Below, one piece after another: positions 33,801 through 46,935 of a DNA stretch of 64,000 nt. Position 1 is the stretch's first letter; every line of letters begins with the position of its first letter. The stretch lies in contig CAJFCJ010000043.1 of the NCBI GenBank assembly GCA_904063045.1, forward strand, positions 65,581-129,580. The letters are read 5' to 3'. The translations under genes were made by a program, and so were the position numbers. The notes under the pieces were generated by a model that was not told the DNA's origin, searched no databases, and saw nothing but the letters and a program-made list of their open reading frames with translations. This stretch comes from Dimorphilus gyrociliatus (Eukaryota; Animalia; Annelida).

Positions 33801-36128
33801 TGAATATTTCCTTAAAAAATTTTATAAAAAATATATAGAGTTTTTGTAATTTAAAAACAGATAATTAAAAAGTAGCATTACAAATTTGGAAACTTTAAAA
33901 ATGGTATATTAAAGTCATTCAATGTTTTAATTTTGAATTGATGACCTAAATTCTTTTCAACTTTAAAAACTATGAAAGAAAATTAAAAAAAAAATAAACT
34001 AGTCAAAAATATGTAGCTTTTTGAACATACTTGAATTGTATATCTGATCACCTCTATTATATCTGACAGTAGGAAAGAGACTGACAATAACATTGACGTC
34101 ATCATTGCTCTTTAGAGCAAAATTAGTTAAATTTCTTTGCTGACAAAAATCTACTGTCTTGTTTAAAGTGTAAAAGAATTTTGAATGAAAACGATAATAG
34201 CAAAAAGAATGATATGATATTTGTACTATTGAATTTTCAAAAAGAGGGCAAACTGTTGAGAGAAAGAGAGTGAGTGTGAGCTTGAAGGGAAGATTATCAT
34301 CTACCTAATGCCTGTTCATTTCCACACATTAAATGAACACTTATTGTATAAGAAGTGTATGGCAGATCAGGTGCATTTAATAGTTCTGTTGTATGGCAGT
34401 CTGACAGTGTTTTTATATTTCTACCAGAACAATCAATTGCCAGTAAAGCATCTCTAATTTTTTCAACTCTTCCAAATTCAGGCAAAACCTGTCCACTTTT
34501 ATAACCAAATTCTTTGCAAAATAGCTATATTTTTTTTCAAAGTAATAAAAGTATTTACTTTTTTTTTCTATTTATTTATTTATTTTACATTTGCATTCAA
34601 TTTTGAAAAACTTTCACTGGAAATTAACCACCAATTATTTTCATGAAATACATCCAAAATACCAGATATTTTATCAAGGTCAATTGAATTTTTCCCCTCT
34701 TTGTCAATATTCCTTAATCTAAATTTAAAAGCTACAAAAAAATTGATTTTATTGATATTATTTTCAGGAATCTAACCCATAAAAAAGAATTTTGAAAATA
34801 TCTTACAATTTGTTTTGAATTTTTGAAAAAATTCACCAGATTTATCAGTAAAATTTACATAAATTAAACGATTTTTGTCAATAATTTCAATATCATCTTT
34901 ACATTTAATGAAATATATCCGTGATTTCACTAAATATCGACAAATGCGGAAACATTTCCTTTTTTTCTTGATCGATAAATCGGGATATTTCTCAATTTGG
35001 AAATATTCATGAATCCGATAGAATTTAAAATCCAATTCGTTGTCGGGAACTTTATTAAAACGCTTACATATTGAAGTGTACATCGAATTAAAATATTTTC
35101 CTGGATAAAGGATATTATTGATAACATTGATAAGATAAAGAAAGACAAGTACTTCTAATTATTTTATACAAAACATTGGGTAAGTAAAAATGTCCATATT
35201 TTTTACAAGCAATTTCCTTATCATTAAAATTATTTAAAGAGTTAAAGAAAAAATACGATAATGGCAATAATTTCAATTTAATTTTCCTTTGACAATTAAT
35301 ATAGCATTCCATCCATATCTCTTTTCTTCTTATCTCAATACTCTTATCTTTTGAAAGGAATGCAATATAGTTTGTATTATAGGATTGGAGTCTTTTGTAA
35401 TATTTCTTATTTAACATATAGACGTTACGACACAAAATTTTTTTTTCTTTATAATTTCCACTATTATTTAGGCAAACTCTGTAAGATTCGTGAAATATTC
35501 TCGCATAAATATGACTCTTCCTTACACTTTGAGAATAAAAATCTGGAAAAAAAAAATTCTAGAAAAAATTTTTTTTTTTCTTATTTTTTTTTTTTACATG
35601 TTTTATTTGTTTTCATACATAAAACAGTCATTGGACTATCTCCAATAATCGATTCCACAAGTTTGCAATCATCTTCTTTACAATTTAATGATAAACTACA
35701 GGTGATATTACTTGGCATAGAGGCTTAAATATAACAATCTTTTACTAATAACCTATATCATCATTCTTGTACTACTACTACTACTTACATAATAGATAAA
35801 TACTCAACAATGAATCATAGCCCATTTTCTTGCACAAATATTTACCATGAAATTTTGATTGCTTTTTCAATTTTCTATCATAACAAATGTTCATTTGGGA
35901 AATTTGAAGAAATCCATAACAATATTCCAATGTACATGTATGCTTTTGAGGATGAAAATTTATACTCATATTACTACTTTCAATATCATAACTAATCCTT
36001 CCATTCTCTATACGCAAGTTGCTCCTGAGTCTCCTATACCTACGAGATGATGATCTAAAAACAGTTCTATCAGTTTCACATAGTATAAACAAGAGAACAA
36101 GTCCAATTAAACTCTGATTGTACATCAT
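30821..36128 (-). CDS. LDLa-LRR-7TM receptor gene 1 (GRL101/LGR type C-like), multi-exon, with SRCR-like N-terminal modules and a very divergent 7TM
   Basis: Signal-peptide exon 36128; SRCR-like segments (CKKMGYDS; ACKKYGH; SGILDVFHENNWW); at least 5 LDLa repeats at 33570-32470 (e.g. [29 protein letters not shown]); LRRs; C-cap NIICCQL; seven hydrophobic segments in 30821-31720. The exon structure is only partly resolved. Confidence 0.82.
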
Positions 36129-37307
36129 CTTAATGATTCATCCATCCCTTAAAAATTTGGAGTGAATTTTGTCCTTTTTTTTTATAATAATGTTTCTATT
36201 TTAATTAAATGGCATGCATCTTTTTTCAATACTACTTCATTGTTCAAACATATGAAAAGATTGAGGTAGAGTATCGTCTGTATTATTAAAAAAATCAATT
36301 ATCAATCAATTTAGCCTAGATAGAAAATACTTTGAGTTGGTATACTTGGTTGTATTGTAATTGTAGGAGTTTCTGTTCCTTCAGAACAGTATTTATCCTT
36401 TCAAATCATTTACCAACTTATCAAAAAGGTTAGCCGTCATCTTTTACTGTCAAACAGTCTATTGTCCTACAAAATAGAATTCTTTCTAAAGTGCTAAAAG
36501 CTATCTCTACAAAAGAAGAGTACTTCTATAGTTGTTTTATATCTAAAGTCTACTAAATATGGATATGGTCATTATATCCAAATGCACAGTTTGCCAGTTC
36601 AATTACAGAATTACTCCTATAAACATCATTAGCAGTTTATGAATTAATAATTAAAAAAGTTTATTAAAAATCATATTTTATAGTTTTCTTTTAATGATGG
36701 TAATAAGCTGTTCAAAAATGTTCCAATTTTGAATACCATCTCTGACTTTTTAGCTCCTTTAATGTCAAAAAACACGCTATCCTTTAGAAGTTTGATGCCT
36801 ATCTTCTCTTTTCCGTCACCGAGATCCTTTAGAAAAATTGAAAAGATTAAGAGGAGGAACCTGCACAAAACATTCTACAAACATAGTAAAAGAATGAACT
36901 AGGACTAATGTCAATAATTGACAAATTCAATTCTTGTATCATATCCAATGCTCTAAATATACAGAAATTTGTCTCTAACAATTCAGAATTGTTCTTTGGA
37001 TAGAATCTTTTTGGTTTTATGTAATGTTTAAAGTACAATTCCAAAACATCAAACATTATACCAACTTCATAACATTTGTCATAAAATTGAACAACTATGA
37101 TGTAAAAGGGGGAAAAAAATTTCGTATTATATAGAAATGTAAAATAGGCCTACACTTTTTTTACATGACCTTAACCTTACTAGTGATTATTTATAATTAC
37201 TTTTAAATTTGTAATTTTTCATCAAACCCTCCTCAATTTTCTTGCTGGAGACGAAGAAAAGACGGTAAAAATTGATGTTAAATTGTATTTACTGCTGTTA
37301 ATATTTT

Positions 37308-40300
37308 TTACTTGTATTTGATCATTTTTATATTCCATAGATACTTAATATTCATTTGAGAATAGATTAAAGGATTAACAATAGAGTTTACTGATAAAAA
37401 GATAATAAATGCCCAAATATACGTATCGTGTGTCAAAATACTCTTTTCAAAACACGCCATAAGACCTTAATAAAATTTTGAAATAGTTTGACAAACAAAG
37501 ATTAAGGGATTAAAAGATTAAAAGATTAACAAACTAAAATAGGATAATGGAAACCAAGTAAAGAAATTTGACATGACAATTATTGCTCCAATTTTAATGA
37601 CTTTTTGAATTCTCTTATTCTGTTCAATTCCTGATAAAATGAAACTCTGTTTTTTGATAAAGTAAATAATATTGCAGTAAAAAAATGTAATTATTGCGCA
37701 ATTTATTGACGTGAAAACTGCAAAAATAAAAAATGAATATAACCATCCATCAGATTTTTCATTAGTTAAATTTAAAGTAAAACATATAGGATATCTTGCA
37801 TAGTATGACTGAAAAGATAAGAAGAGATTGTTGTCATTACTTTAAAGTTACTGTTTTAATGAGAATAGAGTACATTAAATGCAAAATAGGGTAATAATGA
37901 CAAAATGAATGCAATTAATATAGAAATAGCAATAATGATTATTGATTGGAGTTTTGTAAAATCAACAAACTTTAATCCATTTTTTACCATAGAAAACTTT
38001 TGATATGTAATTATGAAGACAGTGATTTGTGATAAAATTGATGAGAAACTGGCCAATAATCCAGCAATTGTACATAATCCGCTATTTTTCCATTCTTCTG
38101 CCCCTTCGATAAAACTACTGGAAATCAATCTATCCTTTACTCCTATTATTATGAAATAAATGCTAAAGGTAAGATCTGAAATATAGAGTAATAGTTGAAA
38201 TCTGTGAATGCTCTTCTTCAAACTCTTTATTGATGTTACTAGACAAAATGTATTCAAAAAGAGACTAATTATTGAAAAACTATTCGCAAAGACTGAAAAT
38301 GTTAATAGTAATTATACTTTTATTTTTTTTAAATTGGACATTTCCAATTGACCTACTTTTTAAAAAATTTGAATTAATTATCTCTCCACATGAATTTTGT
38401 TGCAATAATTTTGGTAAACATTCTTCTAATTGAAAATTATTGACAAAACAACAATATTTGAATTTATCAGATATTAATCTCTTTAGTGACAATACATTGC
38501 TAAACATTTTCCTGACAGGATCTTTCAATTTAAATTCAACATTCTTCATATGGAATTCTTGTAAATTTTCCAAATTTTTCAAACATTCTTCGCATAGTTC
38601 AAATATTTTCGAATTTGAAATATTTAAATATTTTAATTGAATTGAATTATTGAATAAAAGCCGAGAGACATTTTGAAAGTTATAAAATCTTATTGTTAAC
38701 CTTAAAAGTGAACTTTTAAAAACATTGCCAGTAATCTCAGATATTCTACTATCTATTAGAATGATATGTTGAAGAATATTTAAATTTTTAAAAGTGTTTG
38801 AATTTAGGGAGCGAATATTATTTTTAGTAAAATTAACAACAACAATATTTGAAAGAATTTTCACAAAATGAATATTTGTAATATTTCCATTAACAATAAC
38901 CAATTTAGTTGTATTGGCACTGAGTAATAGTTGAAGAGTTTGTAATGCTGAAAAATTGAATAGTTCTACTATTTTCCATGTATATTTTGTATTGTCTTTT
39001 ATAAAAGTATTGTTTATTGCTTTCCAACAGTAGATTTTTATAAATTGATTACAATAGCAATTTATAGGACAAACAATTTTTTCAATATTTTTATCTTTAT
39101 TATCCATTAGAGGGCAACTAATCATATTTCCAATCCATTCTAAACTGTCGAACATATTATAGAATCGACATTTAAACATATTCTTTGCAAAAAAAACATC
39201 TTTAAAATTTTTAATTTTGTTTTTTTTTTAAAAAAAAAGTTTGAATATACTCTAATATCTAATATACAAACATTTATCACAATTTTCTTCATCTTCACCA
39301 AATATACATTGCGTAATACCATCGCATACGAGGCTGCTGGGAATACAATACCCAAGTTCGCTTAAAGGCTTTTGCAGAATGATTAAGGCAAAAAATTAAA
39401 AAGAAAACAGTTATTTTATTATCATCTTTATTACATTTGTTCTGCATAAGAAAAGGTTTATTTTTTGATTGCATTTATTTTCACATAGAGATGGTTGGTA
39501 TCCATAATAAGAATTTTTATCTTTAAACATATGAAATGTATGGAAGTCATCACAAGCTGAGAAAAGGGAAGAAAATATTTAATTTATATTTTATTGCTCT
39601 ATCATTTATTTTATGGATATTTTTGTCACACCATTGTAAGAGTCTACTTGCGATTTTACTGAATCTGCAGCAATGGAAGAAAAACAAAACAATAGAATAA
39701 TAATGATAACTAGGATAGTAAAGTTTCATCTTCTTTCTGCAATACTTACATGGAACGATTACAGAGAAATAAGAATTTGATTGTGGAGGGCTCAATACCA
39801 ATTTAAGGGCATGTTTTCTCGATTCATCATCATTTTTATCCCGTAAATCCAAGATAGTCTTTTCATTTTTTGAAATTTCAGATTTACAATAGGTCAAATA
39901 ATCTCCTTTCTGCGTATCAACGCAAATTAAGCGTGCCTCCTCCTTTATAGTTGCATAGATATAATTTTCTATTTCAATAGATAAAATAATTGGAAAATGA
40001 ATGATAAAAAAATAGAGTTTTTTAAGCCTATATAACATATTTTACTTCTCTGTGCAAAATAATCACAATAATCCAGACACTGGTAACTCAAATGGTTAGT
40101 ACTATATATGACGCATTGACCACTTTGGCATCTCCTGAAAATGATAGAGAATTGGCAAAATTTTAAACCAATTTCTATACTTACTGTTCATTTTTTTTAC
40201 ACTTTTTGAAATCTATTTTTTGCAGTTTTTATAAATTTTTTCAAATTATTGATAATCCATTTAATATTGAAAAAAATTTGTTTTTTTCAAAACTTACTAC

Positions 40301-42813
40301 AATTATGCTCATCACTCTTATCAGGACAATCATTGCTATAATCACATACAAGATGCACGGCAATTTCTCTTGAACCGTCTAAACAAGAAAATTTGTCGGC
40401 CTCTCCAAATGTACAGTTGATCTCGTCACTTTTATCATGGCAATCATAGAATGTATCGCAGACATATTTAACATTTATACAATATCCATCGGAATGACAG
40501 TTAAAGACTGGATTGGTTTTGCATGGTTCTTTTTTACTATTGAATGTCAGATATTTCAGTTTATCAACCGATTTATCTATCACTTCTTATCGGTGAAAGA
40601 GTAGATGATATCAAAAATGATATTTCAAAAATTAACTAATTAACTACCATATTTAGCTTTGCAAACAAAATATTGAAATAGTTTTTCATCAAATTTACAA
40701 GGAAAAAATGAATAGACGTCAAAATAATTTGATTTTCTAAAATATCCGCAACCGTCTTTCATTAAACTGTACATTTCTGCATAACTGCAAAATTAGTGTC
40801 TTGTATATAAAAAATTATATAAATTATAATAAATAAAAAGAGAATATTCACTCTAATTGGTTATTATCTGTCAAACTGGGATTTAACATTCCAACGTATT
40901 CAAATGGAACACCATCGCTAGTCAGAAAATTCAAATACGTATCATTGTAGGAAAATCCTATTTTGTTATTGAATATATTGTTTTTTAAAAGTTTGTCAGT
41001 AAAACAACAAACAACAACCTATTGGTATTTTATATAGTGGCATTGGCCTACTAAGGTTATCAAGTCCCATTTCCCATGAATTGATTGCAAAATATATAAA
41101 CTTGGCTTCATCTCTGAATGACACACCCGATATATTTGTCTGGCAAATTGTACTAGCTTGAGTAAATGTTGACAAACTACTATCAACAGATTTGCAAATG
41201 TAATAACAATATTTTACGAAAATAAAAGCGTTTGAACATTCTGGAAACTTTTTTGGGCAGCCTGTTAAAAATAAAAAAAAGTTCAAAATGGAAAATATCT
41301 ACCAGTTTATATAATAATAAAAAAAAACAATCTTATAGTATGATCGTAACAAGTTATCCATAATTCATTGGGATTGATACGATTCAACCAACTTTCGAGG
41401 AAATGTTCAATTCTACACTGGCTTAAGGATGCTGAATTTTTGTTACACTTGATACTAAAATATACAAATGATTTCAATTGTTCAATCTTATTGGCAACCG
41501 TTTTCATTTCAAATTGTCCACTTTTAAAATTAAAATGTTTACATATCAATTGTATTTGATAATAGTTTGAATAAAGACTGGAAACTGGTAAAGAATAATT
41601 TCTATAATAGGCCTCTAGCCTTCCAGAAAATCTTGATTGGTTACTCTTAGAAACCAATTTAAAATTAACATTTGATAGCAAAAACTTGAAATCTAAATAA
41701 GAAAAAATGTCATTGGAAATGGCACAGAAGTTTGTTTTTTTCTAAATTGTTTGTTCAAAATACAACCATTAATACTGGAAAAGTTTGCCAAACTCTTTTT
41801 GTCAAAGCATTTCACACCAAACACTGTATGATCATTAAAATTTAGCCGTCTTTTTACAGTTAAACATTCAGTTATATGTTTAGCGTCGTTTTTACATCTA
41901 TAAACAGATTCTTTCTTCAATTCTCTATTACTCAAGTAGAAGAGAATTTGATACTGATATCTTTTAAATGGTAAACTTGAAGTTAATTCATTGGAGAATG
42001 TCCTTGACATTTTACATAATATTTTTTGAGTAATCAATTCTTCTTCGAATGAATGAAATTCAAATATTAATGGTATAAATCTGTGATTTTTAAAATATCC
42101 TGGAATTTGAAAATTGCTATCAGATTCTTTGTGATTTTCATCAGTAAAAAATAAATTGTTTTGTTTGAAGACAACTCCATGGAATGTTGTTTCAATTTTA
42201 AATTCAAAATTTTCACCAAAACATATTGAATCTGGGCAAAATTTTAGAGATGAGGTTAAATTTTCATCTTTTATCATTTCTAAATGATCAAATTCTATAA
42301 TATTTCCACAGCCTTTATGAGTTGTTTTCAACAGACAAAATGCAGTGTGATTGTTGTAAACTCTTTGATAAACAGTTTTCATATCAATTGTTAAGGAAAA
42401 ATAATCTGAAAGGATTGTTTGTCAATAGATATACTTTTTTCTCTCTCTCTCTCTCTCTCTCCTTCTCAATTATCATCCTTACATGTAAGACTTTTCATAA
42501 AACATTTAACCTTTGTTGCATATTTTGTTAGTAGATCTTGCAACTGAAAGTAACAAAGATTGTTCTCTTCTTCACAGGACATGAAATAAATTCTATTATG
42601 CCAATTCTGTGTAACTTCAATATGAGCTTCAACTCTATACTCATCAAATTCTGAGAATTCTGAACAAAACCTTTCAATATCTCTCCTCTTCTCCATAAAC
42701 AGTAAATATCTGTGAGTGTAATGTTTCAAGCTCGTACTAACATAGCCCATACAGTATTCTCTATTGCAGATTTCATCGGCAAAATCCAGTTCTAATTCAT
42801 CTAACATTAGCAA
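37308..42813 (-). CDS. LDLa-LRR-7TM receptor gene 2 with SRCR-like and C-type-lectin-like N-terminal modules
   Basis: SRCR-like SGRLEAYYRN...QLICKHFNF...C...SLSQC (41681-41330); lectin-like CYYI...TFTQASTICQ (41250-41000); LDLa CHSDGYCINVKYVCDTFYDCHDKSDEINC and others; LRRs 38280-39179 with FKYCCFV; TM2-4 37856-38257; TM5-6 ...SNFFTWFPL; TM7 LSVNSIVNPLIYS; stop at 37308. The 5' end is uncertain. Confidence 0.88.
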
Positions 42814-43569
42814 CTGTTAAGACAAAAAAATATGCTGGTTACTGTCTTTTTTATGGAAGATATCCCTCCCCCTCCTCCCTCTCCTTACATTTACATTTTG
42901 TATGGATTTCCTTAGTATACAACATAAGAAACAACTGACTATGCCTTTGTACTGAAACATTTGCACCATTCAAAAATCTCTCCTCAAACAATCAGTAATT
43001 TATAAGACTTTTCCAAATCATGCTTCAGATGATTAAATAGATGCTTTGTTCAATGAAAAAATATACCAAACTTTTGTCGAAAGAAACTTAAAGCTAGAGA
43101 AAAGGATTTAATTAATTTACTTTTGAAAGAGACTGCAAAATGAATCCAAATGAAATGCAACAACCAGATCTCTTGTTGAGTTAATTAAAAAATTAGATAA
43201 ACTTATGGCTGTGTAAACGTATTAGTTGGGTTTGGAAATATTTTTAACTAGTTTTAATACACTTAAACCAAGGCTTAGTAACCTCCAACTGGAAAATTAC
43301 ATGCTAACCTCTGCAAGATCTGACAAATGTGGTTTAGTTTACAGTCTTCCAGACATCTACCTCATCTAAGCCTACAAGGAAATTGAAATATGGGCTAAGA
43401 GAAGTACAATTTGAGTGTACTTTGTTGTATTGTAATTGTAGGAAATATCTTTTAGTGAACGCTAAATTCAAAAATGCTTTCAGGAAAAGATGTATTAAAT
43501 GCTAAACGAACTCAACACCAAAAGTATATCAAAAGGTGTAAGTATTTTCAGGTTTAGTAAGAAATATAA

Positions 43570-43850
43570 TTAAAAAATAATCACATTGTTAGAAATATGT
43601 TGACCGCTTTTTCCAGAAACATCATAGCAAATATCAGCTGTCTCTTTTGTTTTTTCAGTGAAAACCCTCTGCGAAACGTGGGGATCACCATTTCCTCCTG
43701 GAACTATATGTTTACGCGTTTTATGTTGTCTGGATATTAATAAAATAGACAAATGTCATTGATAAAAAATGACATTTTCCCACACTGAAATGTAGCCTTG
43801 ACATATTTCAGCTTTTACATTGGGATCACCATTGATCGCATCTGATAAAC
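43570..43850 (-). pseudogene. Fragment with an ITIH-C-terminal-like (GDPH...ICYDV.G) domain
   Basis: GGNGDPHVSQRVFTEKTKETADICYDVSGKSGQ, paralogous to ATGDPHFAQ...ICYDVTGQ at 49800-49910. Truncated. Confidence 0.6.
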
Positions 43851-44130
43851 TAATGAGACAATATCTGTCACTCAAACCTGTGCATGAAGAACACTTATCA
43901 TAAATCATATAAAAGTATATATATCCTCAGAATTGTTGTAACTTGCATATGCATAAATTGGCCAGGTAATATTGTCCGAGACATTTTTTCCCAACCACAA
44001 ATACAATGCTTATGTTTTCTTGATTGTTGGACTTGTCGTATTAAAATTGTTACATCTTATACAACTCTCCTATCCTTTGCCTATAAAAGGGGTTGATTCT
44101 GGCAGTTTGGAACCCTCTACCCCAAAAGGC

Positions 44131-44206
44131 AACATCTATTTCAACACTTCTACCATATAGTAAGTAATATTGTAAAATCTTTATTAACTATAGTTCATAA
44201 GTGTAC
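44131..44206 (+). repeat. About 76-bp direct repeat, left copy (right copy 47348-47424)
   Basis: aacatcta.ttcaacacttctaccatatagtaagta...tatagttcataa.tgtaca at both sites. Confidence 0.85.
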
Positions 44207-44639
44207 ACATATACTTAATGGAATCTTTGCTAAAGGGGAAGACACAACCATAGTAGGTCACCCATGCTTTGTAACTGTCTAAAAATTTAAATTTTGACTA
44301 GGCTGAAATCACTTACTGAAACATTGTTTCAAAATATGGATTTGTTGTAAAAGTTAATTTTAGAAATGATAAGTTAATTTGTAATAGAAATGAAGTAGTT
44401 AAAAACTAGAGAGAGTCATATAAATAAATTTTATTTACTACTCTGATAGAAAATATCCAAATACATTGTGATATGGATAAGCTACGTTTTTTACATATCT
44501 TCCAGGAAAAAGATTTAGGATTCTAATTTGTCATTAGATAGCTCTAAACAAAGGGTTAGTAACAACGAAGTGCTTATAAATTGGTCTAGGGATGGATTAG
44601 GGTTAGAGTTAGAGTAAAACCACAAAACTGTGGGCGTTT

Positions 44640-44777
44640 TCAACAACATCCAAGTAAGATGATTACAAAGTCAAAAAATTCAAAATGTGTTAAAATCGTT
44701 AAACCTAAAGTTAATCCAAAAGCTCCATCAATATCTGATAACAGTACTAACAATGTATGTGCTGGCTTCTCAGTTAT
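44640..44777 (-). pseudogene. DEG/ENaC TM2 remnant, in frame immediately after the TRIM-LRR stop codon
   Basis: ITEKPAHTLLVLLSDIDGAFGLTLGLTILTHFEFFDFVIILLGCC* aligns without gaps to IADRPVYTWLALLSDIGGAFGLVLGATVLTLIEFLDFLI of the channel at 15312. Confidence 0.9.
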
Positions 44778-46406
44778 TTACAAAAACACATTTTTGTTAT
44801 GAAACATTTTTTCCAATTGCTTTCTCTGTTTTCGTTTCAAATCGCATCCAATAAAAAGTATTTCTTCAAGAGTATTCGAAGATCTAAGAAGACCTTGACA
44901 TATATTGAAAAATCCAAATGTCATCTTTGAATTCCCTGATAAATCGATAATTTTAAATTTAGAGCAATTTTTTAAGAGATTCCCAAGACAAGAACTCTGG
45001 TATCCATCCAAATTACAATTTCGCATATAGATTTCTTTTAAACTATCTGCTGATGTGACAAGTCCAGAGCAAATACTTGATACTCCATTACCCATGTTCT
45101 CATTTTCAGAAATGTTGATTATTTCAATTTTAGGAAAATTCATGAGCATATGTCCTATATTGATACATTCATTTTCAGCTAAATCACAGCCAAGTAAATG
45201 AATTTCCTTTAAGGTGTTTGTTGAATTTAATAGTCCAAGAAATACACATGTTATTCTATTGGCTATTCGTAAATTTCCCGACAAATCTATATTTTCAATT
45301 GAATTACAACAATTCAACAAAATTCCAATGTTTTTTGTAGTAGATTTGTCCAAATCACAAAAGCTAAAATTTAATTCTTTTAAACTATTTGAAGAATTGA
45401 ACAGTCCATGAACAATTTTTGAAATTCCTGTTCCTTTATTTGAATTTTTTGAAATATTAATTTTTTCAATGTTTGAACAATTTGATATTAAATTTTCAAT
45501 GGCTTCCATATTATTTTCACTTAAATCGCAATTTGAACATTTCAATTCTTTTAGAACAGTTGAAGATTTATAAAGTTGCTGAAATATTTTTGAAAATTTA
45601 TCATCTCCCAATTTCTTATTACAAGATAAGTCAATACTTTCCACATCAGAATTGGAGTGTATCATTTCAATAGCATAATTAATTTCCTTATCAGTTTTGC
45701 ATTTTGCAGAAAATTGCAGTTTCCTTCCACCTTTTACAAAACGTTGTATATAATCCATATTTTCCAATGAATAGTTAAGTGAAAAATCATTTAACAATTC
45801 AAATTCAATTTTTTTATTTAAAAATTCTTTTAATTCATCACAATTTTTTTTCAAAGTAATATCTTGCTTAAAAAGATCATTTAAAATATTTATTCTTTTA
45901 TCGCTCACATCTTGAACTTTTTTTTTTAAAGCTGTAAAATTTTTCTCAACTTTTAATATCCATATCTTTTGAAGTTGATCAATTCTATTATAAATAGCTT
46001 TGTGATAACTTTTATCTTCATCTATGTATTTTTCTAACAAGTTTTCTTGTGTATTATTTTCACAGTTTAGATGACATTCCTCAAAACATTTTGTACACAA
46101 ATTTCCAATATTATGTACTTTACAGAATAACGACAATTCTTTTGAATGTTTCGGACATAATTTTACAGTTTTGACATCTTTAAGTATATTTTTTTCCAAG
46201 TTACAAATCTGATTTTTCGCCAATTGAGTTTTTTCATTGCAGAGACAAGTGATTTCTGAATTGGATATATTTAATTGTTGCAAACATTCCATACAGAAAT
46301 TAGAATGATGATGGGTAAGAATTGTTGCATCTCTTTCTAAGCAAAGTTTAGAACAAAGAGTGCAAGAAAGTGATTTTTCATTCAGCATAAAACCATTAAC
46401 AGCCAT
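44778..46406 (-). CDS. Intronless RING-like / B-box / coiled-coil / RI-type LRR protein (TRIM-like, 542 aa)
   Basis: CTLC...HHH..FCMEC...CLC (degenerate RING); CPKH..LSLFCKVH...CTKC..ECH (B-box); heptad-rich aa ~125-200; five 57-aa LRR units. Confidence 0.9.
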   Translation of the reverse strand: MAVNGFMLNEKSLSCTLCSKLCLERDATILTHHHSNFCMECLQQLNISNSEITCLCNEKTQLAKNQICNLEKNILKDVKTVKLCPKHSKELSLFCKVHNIGNLCTKCFEECHLNCENNTQENLLEKYIDEDKSYHKAIYNRIDQLQKIWILKVEKNFTALKKKVQDVSDKRINILNDLFKQDITLKKNCDELKEFLNKKIEFELLNDFSLNYSLENMDYIQRFVKGGRKLQFSAKCKTDKEINYAIEMIHSNSDVESIDLSCNKKLGDDKFSKIFQQLYKSSTVLKELKCSNCDLSENNMEAIENLISNCSNIEKINISKNSNKGTGISKIVHGLFNSSNSLKELNFSFCDLDKSTTKNIGILLNCCNSIENIDLSGNLRIANRITCVFLGLLNSTNTLKEIHLLGCDLAENECINIGHMLMNFPKIEIINISENENMGNGVSSICSGLVTSADSLKEIYMRNCNLDGYQSSCLGNLLKNCSKFKIIDLSGNSKMTFGFFNICQGLLRSSNTLEEILFIGCDLKRKQRKQLEKMFHNKNVFL

Positions 46407-46719
46407 ATTTTCTAGGGAATAAATTCTAAAGATTTAATTTATTACCATGACATTCTATATGTAAATATAAATACTATTGATAGATTAATCCAATCAATCA
46501 CTTTTTAAAGAATGTTTAAATCGTTTCCTTCGATTAAAACATTAATTATAATTTCTGTACATTCTACAAGAAACGAATGTTGTTCTAAACTGATTGCAGA
46601 GTCCAGTGTCCTTATTGACGGTGTCCATATTGGTACATAAATATGGCACACACAGTTAACAGGATTAGAATGGATAATATAGTTTCTGCCATTTTACAAT
46701 TTTCAATGTTTCTACTCGT

Positions 46720-46935
46720 AAAATCCAGGGTATCTATTATTACTCTGGCAGTGTGTGGGGTGCGTTATCCTGCTGCCAGATGAAGTTTTCTCCAAATTTT
46801 CCACTCAATATTAGGAAAACTGTTCCCACCAACTGGAAGCTTATCCCTACATAGCCTTAGCCTGTCATTGAGCTGCCAGGTTAACAGGTGATTGGGACCA
46901 TCCAGCAAAAACCTGGACTCATCAGTGTTTAAATT
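46720..46935 (-). mobile_element. Second Tc1-type transposase remnant
   Basis: TDESRFLLDGP ... GENFIWQQDNAPHT, with a large internal deletion and frameshifts. Confidence 0.75.

Noticed and set aside
34297-34485. Retroviral-type aspartic protease remnant inside an intron of receptor 1 (DALLAIDCSG)
   Set aside because: The D-S/T-G motif is not intact and no flanking gag or RT is seen; resemblance only.
13549-45673. Plus-strand ORFs opposite real genes (13549, 22873, 28148, 32971, 38440, 41368, 45214, 45473 and similar)
   Set aside because: Antisense shadows of minus-strand coding exons, mostly with non-ATG starts and no motifs.
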